Part shown: piece after piece, positions 37,441-50,174 of the stretch
Layout of the letters: the number at the start of each line of letters is the position of its first letter
Numbering within the stretch: position 1 is the stretch's first letter
Origin: Mobula hypostoma
Taxonomy: Eukaryota
Assembly: GCF_963921235.1 (NCBI RefSeq)
Contig: NC_086097.1
Coordinates: 12,400,001-12,464,000 of the forward strand
Direction: 5' to 3'
Length of the DNA: 64,000 nucleotides
Made by a program: the position numbers and the translations under genes
Notes under the pieces: model-generated
Seen by the model: only the letters and a program-made list of their open reading frames with translations
Told to the model about the DNA's origin: nothing
The model's database searches: none

Positions 37441-39019
37441 TAAACATGATTCTGATAGTTAGAAGCAGGTGAAAGAGATGGTAGGTAGGTAGGGGAGGGA
37501 GGATGAACGATAAGCTGGGTGGTGATAGGTGGAAAAGATAAAGGACTGAAGAAGAAGTAATGTAATAGAAGAAGTCAACTATTGGAGAAAGGGAAGGAGG
37601 AGGGGTATCTGAGGGAGTGATAGTTTTTTTTCCCTTTTAAAAGTACTGCAAACCTCATCAGTTTCTTTCACCTTACTCGATGCTATTAGAAGCCTCTTCC
37701 CAACATACTGTACAATGCTCCTGTCTTGTAGAAGGCCGTGACCCACAAGGTGAATCGGTAGAGACTACCTGCAGGGATCTCATGCTCACATGATCTAAGG
37801 AACTTCCAGGTGAAGGTGATTGTTCCTGTTGGCAGGTCCATTGTTGAAGCACTAATTGTGATGATGATAACCCCAGCTACCAGACAATTAACAGGCCCAC
37901 CACTCAGTTTTCAGCTGTGACCAGTCGTCACAGTGCCTACGTGCTGTCACTGGACCTGGATGATAGTGTTAGCGGTTAGCATGACGCTTTGCAATACCAG
38001 CAACCTGTGTTTAATTCCCACCGCTGTCTGTAACGACTTCGTATATTCTTCCCGTGACCATTTGGGTTCCCTTCAGGAGCTCGGCTTTCCTCCCACAGTC
38101 CAAAGACATAGGTTAATTGGTCATTGCAAATTAGGCTAGGGTTAAATCAGGGGTTGCTGGGAGATGTGGCTCAAAGTGTCGGAGGGCCTGTTCCACAGAT
38201 AAAAATAATTGGACACTGTGAGAAGATAAAAGCCACTTCAAAATATTCCAGAAATAAAGTCATAATATATTCTGTCCATCAATTAATCAGCCTTTTCTCT
38301 CTACCAATGAATACCTTCCAATGGCTTTCAACTGTTTGAGCATTCCATAGTTTTGACAACATGTCTGAGTTTCAGGGGAGGAACCTAGGAGACCTCTGGG
38401 CATTGCAGGGAGATCATACTAGAACTGTATGAACTATTTAGTTCGGTTCCAGCTCAGATCTATATACAGTTGTGACGGTCACACTGCAGCATGGGTATGC
38501 TGGCAGTGAAAAAGGCGAAAGCAGATGCATGAGGTAGTTTCCCCTGGTGTGGAATTATGGTTATCAGGAGAGATTACCAAGGTTTCTTTGGGACAAAGCA
38601 ACCTGAGGAAGATTTAATTGAGATGTAGAAGATTATGAGTATATCACGTTTTACTCTGGGAGGACTGGAACCAAATGCAGAGGAATGGCTGGCTTTCTCT
38701 GTCATGGGTGTCACTGGCAATGACTCAACCCGGGAGCTGTGGATGGAAGGATCACAACTCAACCCAGGAGTGGAGGAATGGCAGAATCCCCATGAAGAGA
38801 TGAAACGAGAGGGTAGACATCAGATCTTCAGATGAGTAACTAAGTGACACCGCGAGAGCAATCATTCCCTCCGACACAATGACTCTGTGAAGGCACTCAA
38901 CAAGAGTGCTCTTTAGATAATCATAGAATGCAGGAAACCCGTGCCAGTCACAATTAGCGTTCATGATTGAACAGCTCAGAGAATATAAATGGAGAACACC
39001 TATTTTTCTCTTCATAGAG

Positions 39020-39935
39020 AGGTTATAGAGTCCTAGAGCCCTACAGCGCTGAAACAGTCCCTTCAGCCCCTCTAGTCTAGGCTGACCTATTTTACTGCCT
39101 TTTATCATCTATCCACACCCGGCTCATAGACCTCTGTACCCCTCTCATTTTTGTGTCAATCCAAATTTATTTTGAATGTTGCAATTGAACCAGCATTCAC
39201 CACTTCCTCTGGCAGCTCAATCCACACTTGCACCACGTTTGTGTGAAGCTCCTCCTCACGTTCCTCTTAAATATTTTACCTTTCACCCTAAACCTCTGAC
39301 CTCTAGTTCTCAACTATCCCAACTTCAGTGAAAAAAAAACTTGCATGCATTCACCATATCTATACACTCATAATTTTGTATATAAGATCTCCCCTTATTC
39401 TCCTATGCTCCAAGGAACAAAGACCTGACCTATTCCAGCTTTCCCTATAATCTTTTCCCATAGGCAGGTGATCAGTGGAGCACATAATATTCCAAATCAG
39501 GCCTCACCAATGTCTTATGCAACCTCAACATAACATCCCAATCCCTGTACACAAGACATTGATTTATGAAGACCAAGGTGCCAGAAGCTTTCTTTATGAC
39601 TCTGTCTAACTGGGACAACACCTTCAATGAATGATAGATCTGTATTCCCAGATCCCTTTGTTATACCGCACATCTCAGTGCTCTACCATTCACTGTGTAA
39701 GTTATACCCTGGGTTGTCCTACCAAAGTGCAACCCTTCACTCTTATCAGCATAAAGAATTCTGAACCAGCCTCCCATGTAGGTCCTAGTTAAAGACCTCG
39801 CTAAAGTCTATGTAGACATCATCCACTTCCCTTCCTTCATCAAATATCCCCACAACCTCTTCAAAAAAACTGTAAGATTGGTTAGACATGACCTCCTACA
39901 CAGAAAGCCATATTGGCTATCCCTAATCAGGACTT
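39020..39935 (-). mobile_element. Decayed CR1 RT/3' fragment
   Basis: Minus-strand homology to the other CR1 copies (atggactttagc.aggtc, 3' UTR). Confidence 0.7.
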
Positions 39936-42900
39936 GTTTTTTTCCATCCATCACACCCAGTCTGGTCAATGTTATTCATAAGACCATAAGAAATAGGAAA
40001 AATGAGCAGCAGTAGGCCATCTAGCCCATCGAGGATGCTCCGCTATTCAATAAGATTATCACTAATCTGGCCATGGACTCATCTCCACCTTCCTTACTTT
40101 TCCCCATAGCTCTTAATTCCTCTACTATGCAAAAATGTATCCAACCTTGTCTTAAATACACTTACTGACAAGGGACACAGCAGTGCATTGACCCTTAGCA
40201 GCCCTCTGAAATTGACCATGAAGCTTTTCATATTCATATTTTCTGATAATATAGAATGAGATCATTTGGCCCATCGTCAATGTTTTTAGAGCAATCGCAG
40301 CCATTTCCTTCCCTGTCTTATTTCCCTATTGTAAACACTATTCTCGCTCTCTCCTACTCCATCCCTATTTTCTCAGCATTCATCTATACTAAGTGCAATA
40401 TAAAGTTCAAAATTCAAGGTTCAAATTTATCGCTAAGATATGTATACCCTATACAACCTTAAGATTCATCTTCTTGCAGGCAAAGAAACATAATAAAATC
40501 CACAAATGCCACAGGCAACAAAAGAATGACAAACAGCCAATGAGTAGAAAAAAAATGATCCAAATAATAAAAAGAAAACAAATAATGCATAGAACATGAA
40601 CTGCAGAGTCCCTGAAACAGAGTCCGCAGGTGCAGAGTTAGTTCAGCACTGAGGCAACTGAAGCCAGTTCAGGAGCCCAATGGAGCAGGGCGATAACTGC
40701 ACATGGAACTGGCGGTGTGGGACCCAAGTCTCCTGTACCTCCCGCCATATGTGGTGGTGAGGAGAGAGGGAGACAGGTCACACCCAGGAAATGGGGATAG
40801 ACTCAGATGGGGGATCTGGGCAGACACTGGATCTGGGCCAATTACCCAAAAGTGGCCATTGAACTAACTAATTAGCAGGTCTCTGCAACGTGGGAGGAAG
40901 CTGGGGTACCCAGGGCAAATCCTAACTCTGACAAGGAGAGCATGGGAGATGCATTTGGAGTTAGGTGGGGTAGATGATGAAGTCTAGTCTGGCCAGCAAT
41001 GTCCAGTCAGAGGTTAGAAAACAATACTTTGCATTAATTAACTGCTTTGATGTTATAATGCAGGTGAAAGTCAATTCAGCATCCCAGAAAGGATCTGTAC
41101 TCCCTGCATATAAGATTCACTAATACTCAAAGGAAATTAATCTTAGTTTAGGAGGGCTGTCCCATTCTATTATTGAAAGGTCTGTTAAACTGTCTGGACA
41201 CTGTATAGCAGAGAGTTTTTCACAGTAATGACGAAAATCAGGCTAGCACATCTCAGATGCTAATGCCTCTTGAACAAAATTGAATAAAGTCACTATTTTT
41301 TCCCTCAGAATTCAATTATTATTGTAACTGAGTGCTCCCAAATGTTGTATTTATTATAATTTCTGAATTTTGAATTTACTCTACTTTCTCCTACCTGACA
41401 TATTGTTCATCACAATGCTGTCTGCCTGCAATAAGCTCGTATATAAGAAGCAAAACCCTTGAGATTTTCACTTCTCGTCTGCTTTATATATCATTTACAG
41501 TGCGTATCGCCATTTTATGTACCTACAATCAGTCTATAGATTTAAGCTAGTCTTATCTACTGTATTTATATTTATTGTGTTCTTTATGCATATTTTATCT
41601 TTCTATGCTGCATCATATCTGGTGTAACAATCGTTTTGTTAGTGAGGCAGTGTTCACGGATTCAGAAATTGGATGGTAGAGGGGAGAAGCTGTTTCTAAG
41701 TCACTGAGTGTGTGCCTTCAAACTCCAGTAACTCCTCCCTGACAGTAGCATTGAGCAGAGGGCATGTCCTGGGTGATGGGGATCCTTAACGAAGGATGCT
41801 GCCTTTTTTTCTAGGACGTCTTCAAGGAACAATACCTCAAAAAGGTGTTATCCATCATTGAGGACTCCCATCACCCAGGACATGCCCTCTTCTCATAGCT
41901 ACCATCATGGAGGAGGTACCAGATCCCCAGATCCTGAATACACACACTCAATGATCCAGGAGCAGCTTCTTCCTCTCTACCACCTGATTTCTGAGTGGGC
42001 ATTAACCCCACCTCACTACATTTTTGGACTAATTATTTAATTTAACCATTTTACTTCACAGGTATTTTTGTTATTATGTATTGCATTGTAATGCTGCTGC
42101 ATAACAACAAATTTCACAAAACATGCCAGTGGTATTAAAGCTGATTCTGATTCTGACTAGTGTACTGACAAATAGCAAACAATCTTGAAAATAAGATCCA
42201 TATCAACATTATGAGTTTTAAGGTGTTGGCTATGAGGCAAAAGTGGGGAAGGTTGGTCTTTTTGGTTCACATGGGGTAGGCAAATTAGAAGATAAATCAA
42301 GAAGTGGGGATGCAGATTTGAAAATTTCAGGCAAAACATATATGGGCAATACACAGAATGTTTTTCTTGAGCATAGCAAGGATCTGGAATCCACTGACAG
42401 GAAAGCCGGGGGAAACAAAATTGATCATAGCATTCAAACGCAATTTCTTCAGCCAGAGAATGGTGATTCTGTGGAATTTGTTGCCACAGGCAGCTGTGGA
42501 GGCCAACTCATTGGGTATATTTATGGCAGAGGTTGATAGGTTCTTGACTAGTCAGGGTAGGAAGGGATGCGGGGAGAAGGCAGGTGACTGGGGCAGAAAG
42601 AGAAATGGATCAGCCAAGATGAAATGACAGAGCAGGCTTGATGGGCCAAATGGTCTAATTCTGCTCCTGTATCTTATGGTCTTATAAAGTTGGGCCATCA
42701 TTTGACTGGGGACAATTGCAGGTCTATGGGAAGAATAGGGGAATCGGACGAGCAGAATTCCTATAGGAGGAGCAAGCATGGGCACAATGGCCAAAAGATC
42801 TTGTCAATATTGTGACGGCTCTGTGGTCACTTTACAGTGTAAGGAAAAATTAACAGTCAGTTTGTCCACAGTATGCTTTCATAAAGCGACAACGGAGTGA

Positions 42901-44217
42901 TGAACAGACAGCTGAAACACAGAGTCAAAGTTGGGTTTATTTTCGTATGCACACACAAATGTATGCAGATGTGCAACTGAAAATTTACTTTCTGCAGCAC
43001 CACAGGCACATAGTACTAGGGACACAATATTCACAAGAAAAAGATAAGTATAAACATACAAGGTTAAAATCATACACAATTATAGAAATTAAGTGAAAAG
43101 GGAGTCATAGTGTTGTGTCAGTACAGGAGTGGGCCATTTGGCCTATCATGACAGTATTGATCTTATCATTACTAATCCCCTATGCCTACACCAGGTCTAT
43201 ATCCAAGAAATTGTACTGGAGTCAACTTGCTACACTTGATGGGCATAGACTGAAAATTTCCGTAATACCACCAGGTTCAGGAACAGCTATTACCCCTCAG
43301 CCATCAGTCTCTTGAACCACAGGGGATAATTTCACTCAACTTCACTTAACTTCACTCACCCCATCACTGAATTGTTCTCACAACCTATGGGCTCACTTTC
43401 AAGGGCTCTTCATCTCTTGTTCGTGAAATTTATTGCATATTTATTTATTATTATTACATTTTTTTCTCTTTGCATTGGCACCGTTTTGTTGTCTTTTGCA
43501 TGTTGATTTTTGCCTGTCTTGTGTGCAGGTTTTCATTGATTCTGTTGTGTTTCTTTGTATTTGCCATGAATGCCCACAAGAATCTGAATCTCAGGGTTGT
43601 GTGTGGTGACACATATGTGCTTTGATAATAAATTTATTTTGGACTTTGTCCATCTCCTCCTTTTATGTCAACACACTCTAGAATATCAGCATATCCCTCC
43701 TTGATCTCCCCTCCTATCCTTCTCCTTGGTGAATTCCAATGCAAAATTCTCATTTAGTAATTTCCTCTGACTCCAGGCATAAGTTTCTTCCTCAGTTTTG
43801 AAAAGTCTTATATTATCTAAAAGATATCCTCTTTTTATTTAATTAACACCAATTTCTTTCAGTTCCTCATTCTCTCCAACCGCACTATTTTCTATTCTTT
43901 CTCGTCTTTTTAACACCTATTTCCATGAAATCAGACACAAATACCAGTTCAATTACTTTGTCATTTTCTTAATTCACAACATAATTTCTCCTACCTTAGC
44001 CTTTAAGGTCCTACATTAATTATTGCCAATCAGTTTCATCATGGGCACTAACCTCTGTAGTATTAAGGTCATCTTTAAGCAGTGATGCCTCAAAAAGACG
44101 GCATCCATCATTAAGGACCACCAACAACCAGGACATGCTCTCTTCTCATTGTTAATACCAGGGAGGAGGTACAGGAGCCTGAAGGCACACACTCAACAAT
44201 TCAGAAACAGCTTCTTC

Positions 44218-44984
44218 TGTTGGGTAATGTTATTGGTGGAAAGGTACAAAATTCACAGCAACTGACATTAAATTGGGGTTCACTTTAAGAGGCTGGTCTG
44301 ATGTGATGATGTAATTACGTAAAGTATTTTTACCGTACTTTGTGTTCAGTGTTTGGATTACAATAAGTGAGTTGTTATGGACTTTCTTAAACATAAAACG
44401 CCTCCAACATCAAAGTTGCTGGTGAACACATCAGGCCAGGCAGCATCTCTAGGAAGAGGTACAGTCGACGTTTCAGGCCGAGACTCTTCGTCAGGACTAA
44501 CTGAAAGACGAGCTAGTAAGAGATTTAAAAGTGGGAGGGGGAGGGGGAGATCCAAAATGATAGGAGAAGACAGGAGGGGGAGGGATGGAGCCAAGAGCTG
44601 GACAGGTGATTGGAAAAAGGGATATGAGAGGATCATAGGACAGGAGGCCCAGGGAGAAGGAGAAGGGCGGGGGGGAAACCCAGAGGATGGGCAAGGGGTA
44701 TAGTCAGAGGGACAGAGGGAGAAAAAGGAGAGAGAGGGAGAGAATGTGTGTATATAAATAAATAAATAACGGATGGGGTACGAGGCGGAGGTGGGGCATT
44801 AGCGGAAGTTAGAGAAGTCAATGTTCATGCGATCAGGTTGGAGGCTACCCAGACAGAATATAAGATGTCGTTCCTCCAACCTGAGTGTGGCTTCATCTTT
44901 ACAGTAGAGGAGGCCGTGGATAAACATATCAGAATGGGAATGGGATGTGGAATTAAAATGTGTTTTTATTTGCGAAAACCTATA
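44218..44984. mobile_element. Short solo-LTR-like element interrupted by Penelope
   Basis: Starts TGT and ends ATA (probably mutated ACA). 4-bp TSD CTTC (44214-17, 44985-88). Splits a Rex-like 3' end at aacagcttcttc|ctct. Confidence 0.55.
44406..44963 (-). mobile_element. Penelope 3' fragment plus pLTR
   Basis: THFNSTSHSHSDM...NIDFSNFR. Hammerhead variant at 44463-44498. Confidence 0.88.
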
Positions 44985-45279
44985 CTTCCTCTCTGCCATT
45001 GAATACTACCTCACCTCTTTTTATTTCTGTTTTTGCATTTAATTTAACTATTATATATATATTTACATTAATTCAGTTTCTCTTTTATATTATCATGTAT
45101 TGCAATGTAACGCTGCAGCCACAATAACAAATTTCATAACATATGTCAATGATATTAAACCTGATTCTGATTCTTTTTGTTACATTTGTAGTGAAGATTT
45201 TATATGATGTTTATGAATCACAGTACATTATTCTTCTGTTCTATTCTTATTTTCCTTATCCATTTCTAGATCCTTTGTA

Positions 45280-45732
45280 AGTGTTGTCCTGGTGGCTGGG
45301 TGGAGATATATCTCTACCAAAGGAAGTGTAAGGCTTCTCCTTCCCTCCGCTGTCTGCAGGTCTCTCTTAGGCATAGTTTAACACCTGCTTAGCCCACCCC
45401 CCCCACCCCGATCAGTATTATGTGAATGTGGTGGATGGTTGTATGAACAGCTGGTGCACATCACAAGTCCTAGTTATGCAATCACTGATGCCAGGCAGAC
45501 AATCTTTGAAGAGTATTGATAAAGGCTGGTGTCACCTGTCTTGTAAAGACACTGCCCAGAAGAAGACAATGGTAAACCACTTCCGTAGAAAACTTTGCCA
45601 GGAACGATCATGGTCACGGATAGAGAAAAGAATAAAAACAACAGCACGAAGGGGGTCTTTCCTACAGGAAAATCCGTTTAAAAACTATGATCGCCCACGT
45701 CAAACGACATGGTACTTAATGATAATGATGTG
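45280..45732 (+). mobile_element. RTE-related SINE-like element
   Basis: aatggtaaaccacttc..tttgcca motif of RTE-derived SINEs and an (ATG)n-like tail. Confidence 0.55.
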
Positions 45733-46225
45733 AATTATGATTATGAGGACACACAGTCCCCTTTTAATGTCATTTAGTAATGCATGCAGTAAGAAATGAT
45801 AAAGATATTTTTCCAGAATGATATCACGAAAACACATGACAAACCGACTTAAAAACTAACAAAAACCACATAATTATAACATATAGTTACAACAGTGCAA
45901 AGCAATACCGTAATTTGATAAGAACAGACCATGGCACAGTAAAAGTCTCAGAGTACCTTTATGTATCTTATGTGATCTTGTTGCATTTTTAAAGTGTTGT
46001 CAAATTAAGTTCCATATGAGAGGATGGTCAACAAGGCCAGAACACACAAAAGCAGGGAGTGGGGTGGAGGGGTTTTGGAAAAAGGTTTAATATATTAATA
46101 TGAATGAAGTATTCATTATCAGACAGAAAGCAAAAAGTAAGAATGAAAACAGTTGGGAAGCAGTAGCTGGGGATTAATGCCTGGGTCTCAGCCTTTCACA
46201 TATCTGCATATTAATGGTTTAAAAT

Positions 46226-46447
46226 AGCCGGCTGGTGGCGTAGTGGCATCAGTGCCAGACTTCGGAGCGAAGGCTCCCGAGTTCGAATCCAGCCGGCTCC
46301 CTTGCACGCTTTCCATCTCTGCTGGGTTGAGAATCAAGCTAGCAACTCGGCCTCGTAAAAATAAGAAAGCCTGCTTAAAAAAATGCCATCACAACGGCGT
46401 CCCAATGACTCCACTCGAAGTTAAGGGCTTTCTTCTTCTTCTTCTTC
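46226..46447 (+). mobile_element. tRNA-derived SINE with (CTT)n tail
   Basis: A box TGGCGTAGTGG, B box GTTCGAATCC, AGCCGGCTGG/CCAGCCGGCT stem, imperfect TSD aatg.tttaaa. Confidence 0.8.
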
Positions 46448-46930
46448 AATGATTTAAATAAGGTGATTCAACATCTTATTTTTTAAGTTTACTGATAATA
46501 TTAAACTTGGTAGTATTGTGAGGAGGATGTAAAGAGGCTTCAGAGGGATATGGGTGAGTTGAGCGAGCTGACAGATGGAACATAATATGGAAGAATAGGA
46601 GATCATCCCAATTGCTGAACATTTCATAAAATCGGAGTATTTGTTAAATGATGACATATTGGATGGTGTTAAAGTTCAGAGGAAATTGGCTGTACTTGTA
46701 CACGAATTACAGAAGGCCAACAATGAAACAAAGCAGAAGATTCAGAGGACGTATAGTATGTTAGCTTGCTTATTAAGAGAGTTTGAAAAAGGAGTAAGAA
46801 AGTCTTACTGCAATTATATAGCATATTGGTGAGACTGAACCTGAAGTGCTGTAATCAGTTATATATCCTTACCCAAAAAATAATCCACTTACTATAGAAG
46901 GGATGTGGTGAATCTTCCAGGTAGAGAAAA

Positions 46931-47482
46931 TGTGAAGGTTCCAGGTATAACAAGTGTGAAGGTTCCAGGTATAACAAGCGTGAAGGTTCCAGGTATAACA
47001 AGGGTGAAGGTTCCAGGTATAACAAGTGTGAAGATTCCAGTTATAACAAGTGTGAAGATTCCAGTTATGACAAGTGTGAAGGTTCCAGGTATAACAAGCG
47101 TGAAGGTTCCAGGTATAACAAGGGTGAAGGTTCCAGTTATAACAAGTGTGAAGATTCCAGTTATGACAAGTCTGAAGGTTCCAGGTATAACAAGTGTGAA
47201 GGTTCCAGGTAAAACAAGTGTGAAGGTTCCAGGTATAACAAGTGTGAAAGTTCCAGGTAAAACAAGTGTGCAGGTTCCAGGTATAACAAGTGTGAAGATT
47301 CCAGGTATAACAAGTCTGAAGATTCCGGGTATAACAAGTCTGAAGATTTCAGGTATAACAAGTGTGAAGGTTCCAGGTAAAACAAGTCTGAAGGTTCCAG
47401 GTATAACAAGTGTGAAGATTCCAGGTATAACAAGTGTGAAGATTCCAGGTATAACAAGTGTGAAGGTTCCAGTTATAAAAAG
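46931..47482. repeat. 24-bp minisatellite (~23 units) inside a decayed CR1
   Basis: Unit GTGAAGGTTCCAGGTATAACAAGT, with CR1 homology on both flanks. Confidence 0.97.
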
Positions 47483-47989
47483 TAGAAGGTTCCAAGTATA
47501 GTAAGTTTGCATTGTGAAGAGAGTCTGAGTAGACTAGGACTATGTGTTTAGAGGAAGAGAGAAGGAGATTTCATCTAAGTATATAAAATTCCTAGTTGTC
47601 TTGGCAGGGAGGATGTTTCCCCCAACTACAACCAGGAGGCATATTTTTAAGCCTGATAGAGCCAGTTGAACTATTCCTGTATACACGTCTTATATCATCT
47701 AAATGTTAGCTATTCTTTATCTACTTTCATACTTTTTAATAAAGTCTTCCAAGCTACCATAACTAATTTGTGTCTCAGTCTCATTGTTTGCTTAGCTTAG
47801 ATTTATGGCCTGACTTGGATTTTGGAAGCTAACTCAAAAAACAGTTACTTTTTCAATGCAGTAAAACTGATCAACACCTCCATCCACTAACTCCACAAAG
47901 ACTTTATTATTTCTTGTCAGTCACCTTATGCATCACTTTATGGACATACAATCAATCTATGTATATTAACGATCTTATGTATTATATTT

Positions 47990-48410
47990 CTTCCTAGAGG
48001 ACCACAACCTTGCCATGGTTTGGAGACTTATGTGTCTCAGTGACCCAGAGAGTTGTGTTGAGAGGAGTCAAAGTTTTATGCTTTGGTTCTTGGTAGGGTC
48101 ACCCATGCCAAATAGGTCAAAGGGTAGAGGTCAGATTATGAGTGGTCTACTGGATCTCCAGGTTTGGGGGTTCAGCTCAGGGCTAACAACCCTGACTGGT
48201 AAAACAAAATTGTTATGGAAACAGCAATGAAGAATCCTTCTACATCTGAGTGTGATGGTTTTCCTGAGTCTCCACCTGGGACTTGCATGACTGACAGTTG
48301 TGAAAATCGAGAGGAGGCTACTGACATGACGAAGGAAGCCCTGAACACCGCCAGAGTTGGGGGACCTTTATTGCTGCTGTAGATGCCCGTGGCGTAACGG
48401 GCAGTAATAC
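47990..48410 (+). mobile_element. RTE-derived non-autonomous retroelement (family A, copy 2)
   Basis: 9-bp TSD ATTATATTT (47981-89, 48411-19). Same ends as 2979-3402. Confidence 0.75.
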
Positions 48411-49499
48411 ATTATATTTATTGTGTATTTATTATTGTTATTGTGTTATTTATCTTTTGTGGATTTTATTGTGATGCATCAGATCTGGAGTAACAATTAT
48501 TACATTCTCCTTTACACTTGTGCAGAGGAAATTACATTAAACAATCTTGAATCTTGATTGAATTAAGTTACGTTCAATATTCACATACAATTTCATCATA
48601 TTATAGTCAGTCTTCCCCAAAGGCTCCTTAACTTTAAGATTATTAATTAACCCTGTCTCATTGCAGTATACTAGATCTAAAATAGACCCTTCCCTCACTA
48701 GTTCCTTGACATACAGTACCCATTCAGGAAATCATCCCATATTCACTTCATGAATTTGTTGATTGATTTATTGATAAGTCTCCTATGATTACTGTGTGAT
48801 TTCAGTAGACATTCTTGATGCTTAGAAAGGCCAACTTCTCATTGCCCTGGCATGAGAGAACATAAAGGGAAAACTGCAATTTACATCAATATTGCAGTTT
48901 TAATTTAAATACAAATGTACCAAGGGGGTTTACACAAGCCAGAAGAAAATCCATACAAGAAAAAGAGGAATTGGATTTTATAAAACTTCAACTATTCCTG
49001 ACACTTCTGGGAGATTAAAGGATAACCTGCGGAAACTAAGATTATTCTCAATTTAGCAAAGAATGGTGGGAGAAATTTGATATAATGGTGCAAAATCATC
49101 TCTGAGTGAGATAGGTAAATATAGGGAACTTCTTGCCTTTGGTAGATGGTTCAGGCATCAGAGGGCACCAAGGCACCATCTGCACCTGGTACTGGTCAGA
49201 CGTCCAGTGATCTTGTTTCAAAAAACAACATGATTGGAAGATCACAGGGGCACTTTTGTCTGCTTTCATCTGGTGGTCATCATCAGTACCTGCAGTGAAG
49301 AAAAGGATGTTACTGTGACTAACGCAAGGTATCTAAGGTAAATTGAAGAGAAACTAGCATGTTCTGTACCTGTTGCAGAAAGAAAGAATTAACTTTGCTG
49401 TCCCTTGAAGAGTCTTGTTCTCAAGTACTTTTTTTTTGTTTACCTGAGGACTGGCAGCCCATTCAGAGCTCGCAGTCATAGCACCAAGGATTCTCTGAT

Positions 49500-49790
49500 G
49501 AAGTAAATGTAAGCCGTCCTTTTTTCCCACTGAGGTTGGGTGAGACTAAAACTGGAGGTCTTGGATTGAGGGTGAAAGATGAAATATTTAAGGGGAATAT
49601 GAACAGGAACTTCTTCACACAGAGTATGGTGAGAGTGTGGAATGAGCTGCTAGCGCAAGTGGTGGATGTGGGTTTCAACGTTTAAGAGAAATTTGGAAAG
49701 GTACCTAGATAGGAGGGGTCGGAGGGCTATGGTCCAGGATGGGAGTAAACGGATTAATAATAGGCATGGACTAAATGGGCTGAATGGCAT
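49500..49790 (+). mobile_element. CR1 3' end
   Basis: aacttcttcacacagag..gtgtggaatgagctgc. Confidence 0.75.
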
Positions 49791-50174
49791 TGAGAGTTGT
49801 GGGTTGCCTCCAGGTCCGGTAGTTGAGTCCCAGTGATGTGCTCATCAGTCTTAATCACCTGTTGGAGCGCTTTGTGATCTCCTTAACCACCTCAGGTACT
49901 ATGGTCACTGTTGTGCCTTCCCTACTATCGAGATTGTTTTGACGGACCAAGTGAGCTCCTTCATAGATAATCTCATGTGCTTCAATTCCAGTTGTATGTC
50001 AGGACTGACCACTGATCTCCCTTCATTTTATTGTTTGACATGAGTCAGTAGATCATTACAAGAAATCAAAATAGTCCTTCTTTCCATAGTGTAACAAACC
50101 CATGTAACATAGTGTTAATAGAACACTTTCCACATACTAAGAAATAGTCTCACATTATTTTCAATTTGCATACA

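Noticed and set aside
46226..46300. Functional tRNA gene
   Set aside because: The anticodon and T stems do not pair canonically, and the sequence continues into a SINE body and (CTT)n tail.
46892..47512. Repetitive ORFs (198-206 aa) as a structural or mucin-like protein, or the array as a CRISPR
   Set aside because: A 24-bp unit keeps frames open automatically. The array sits in a decayed CR1, has no unique spacers and shows no gene structure.
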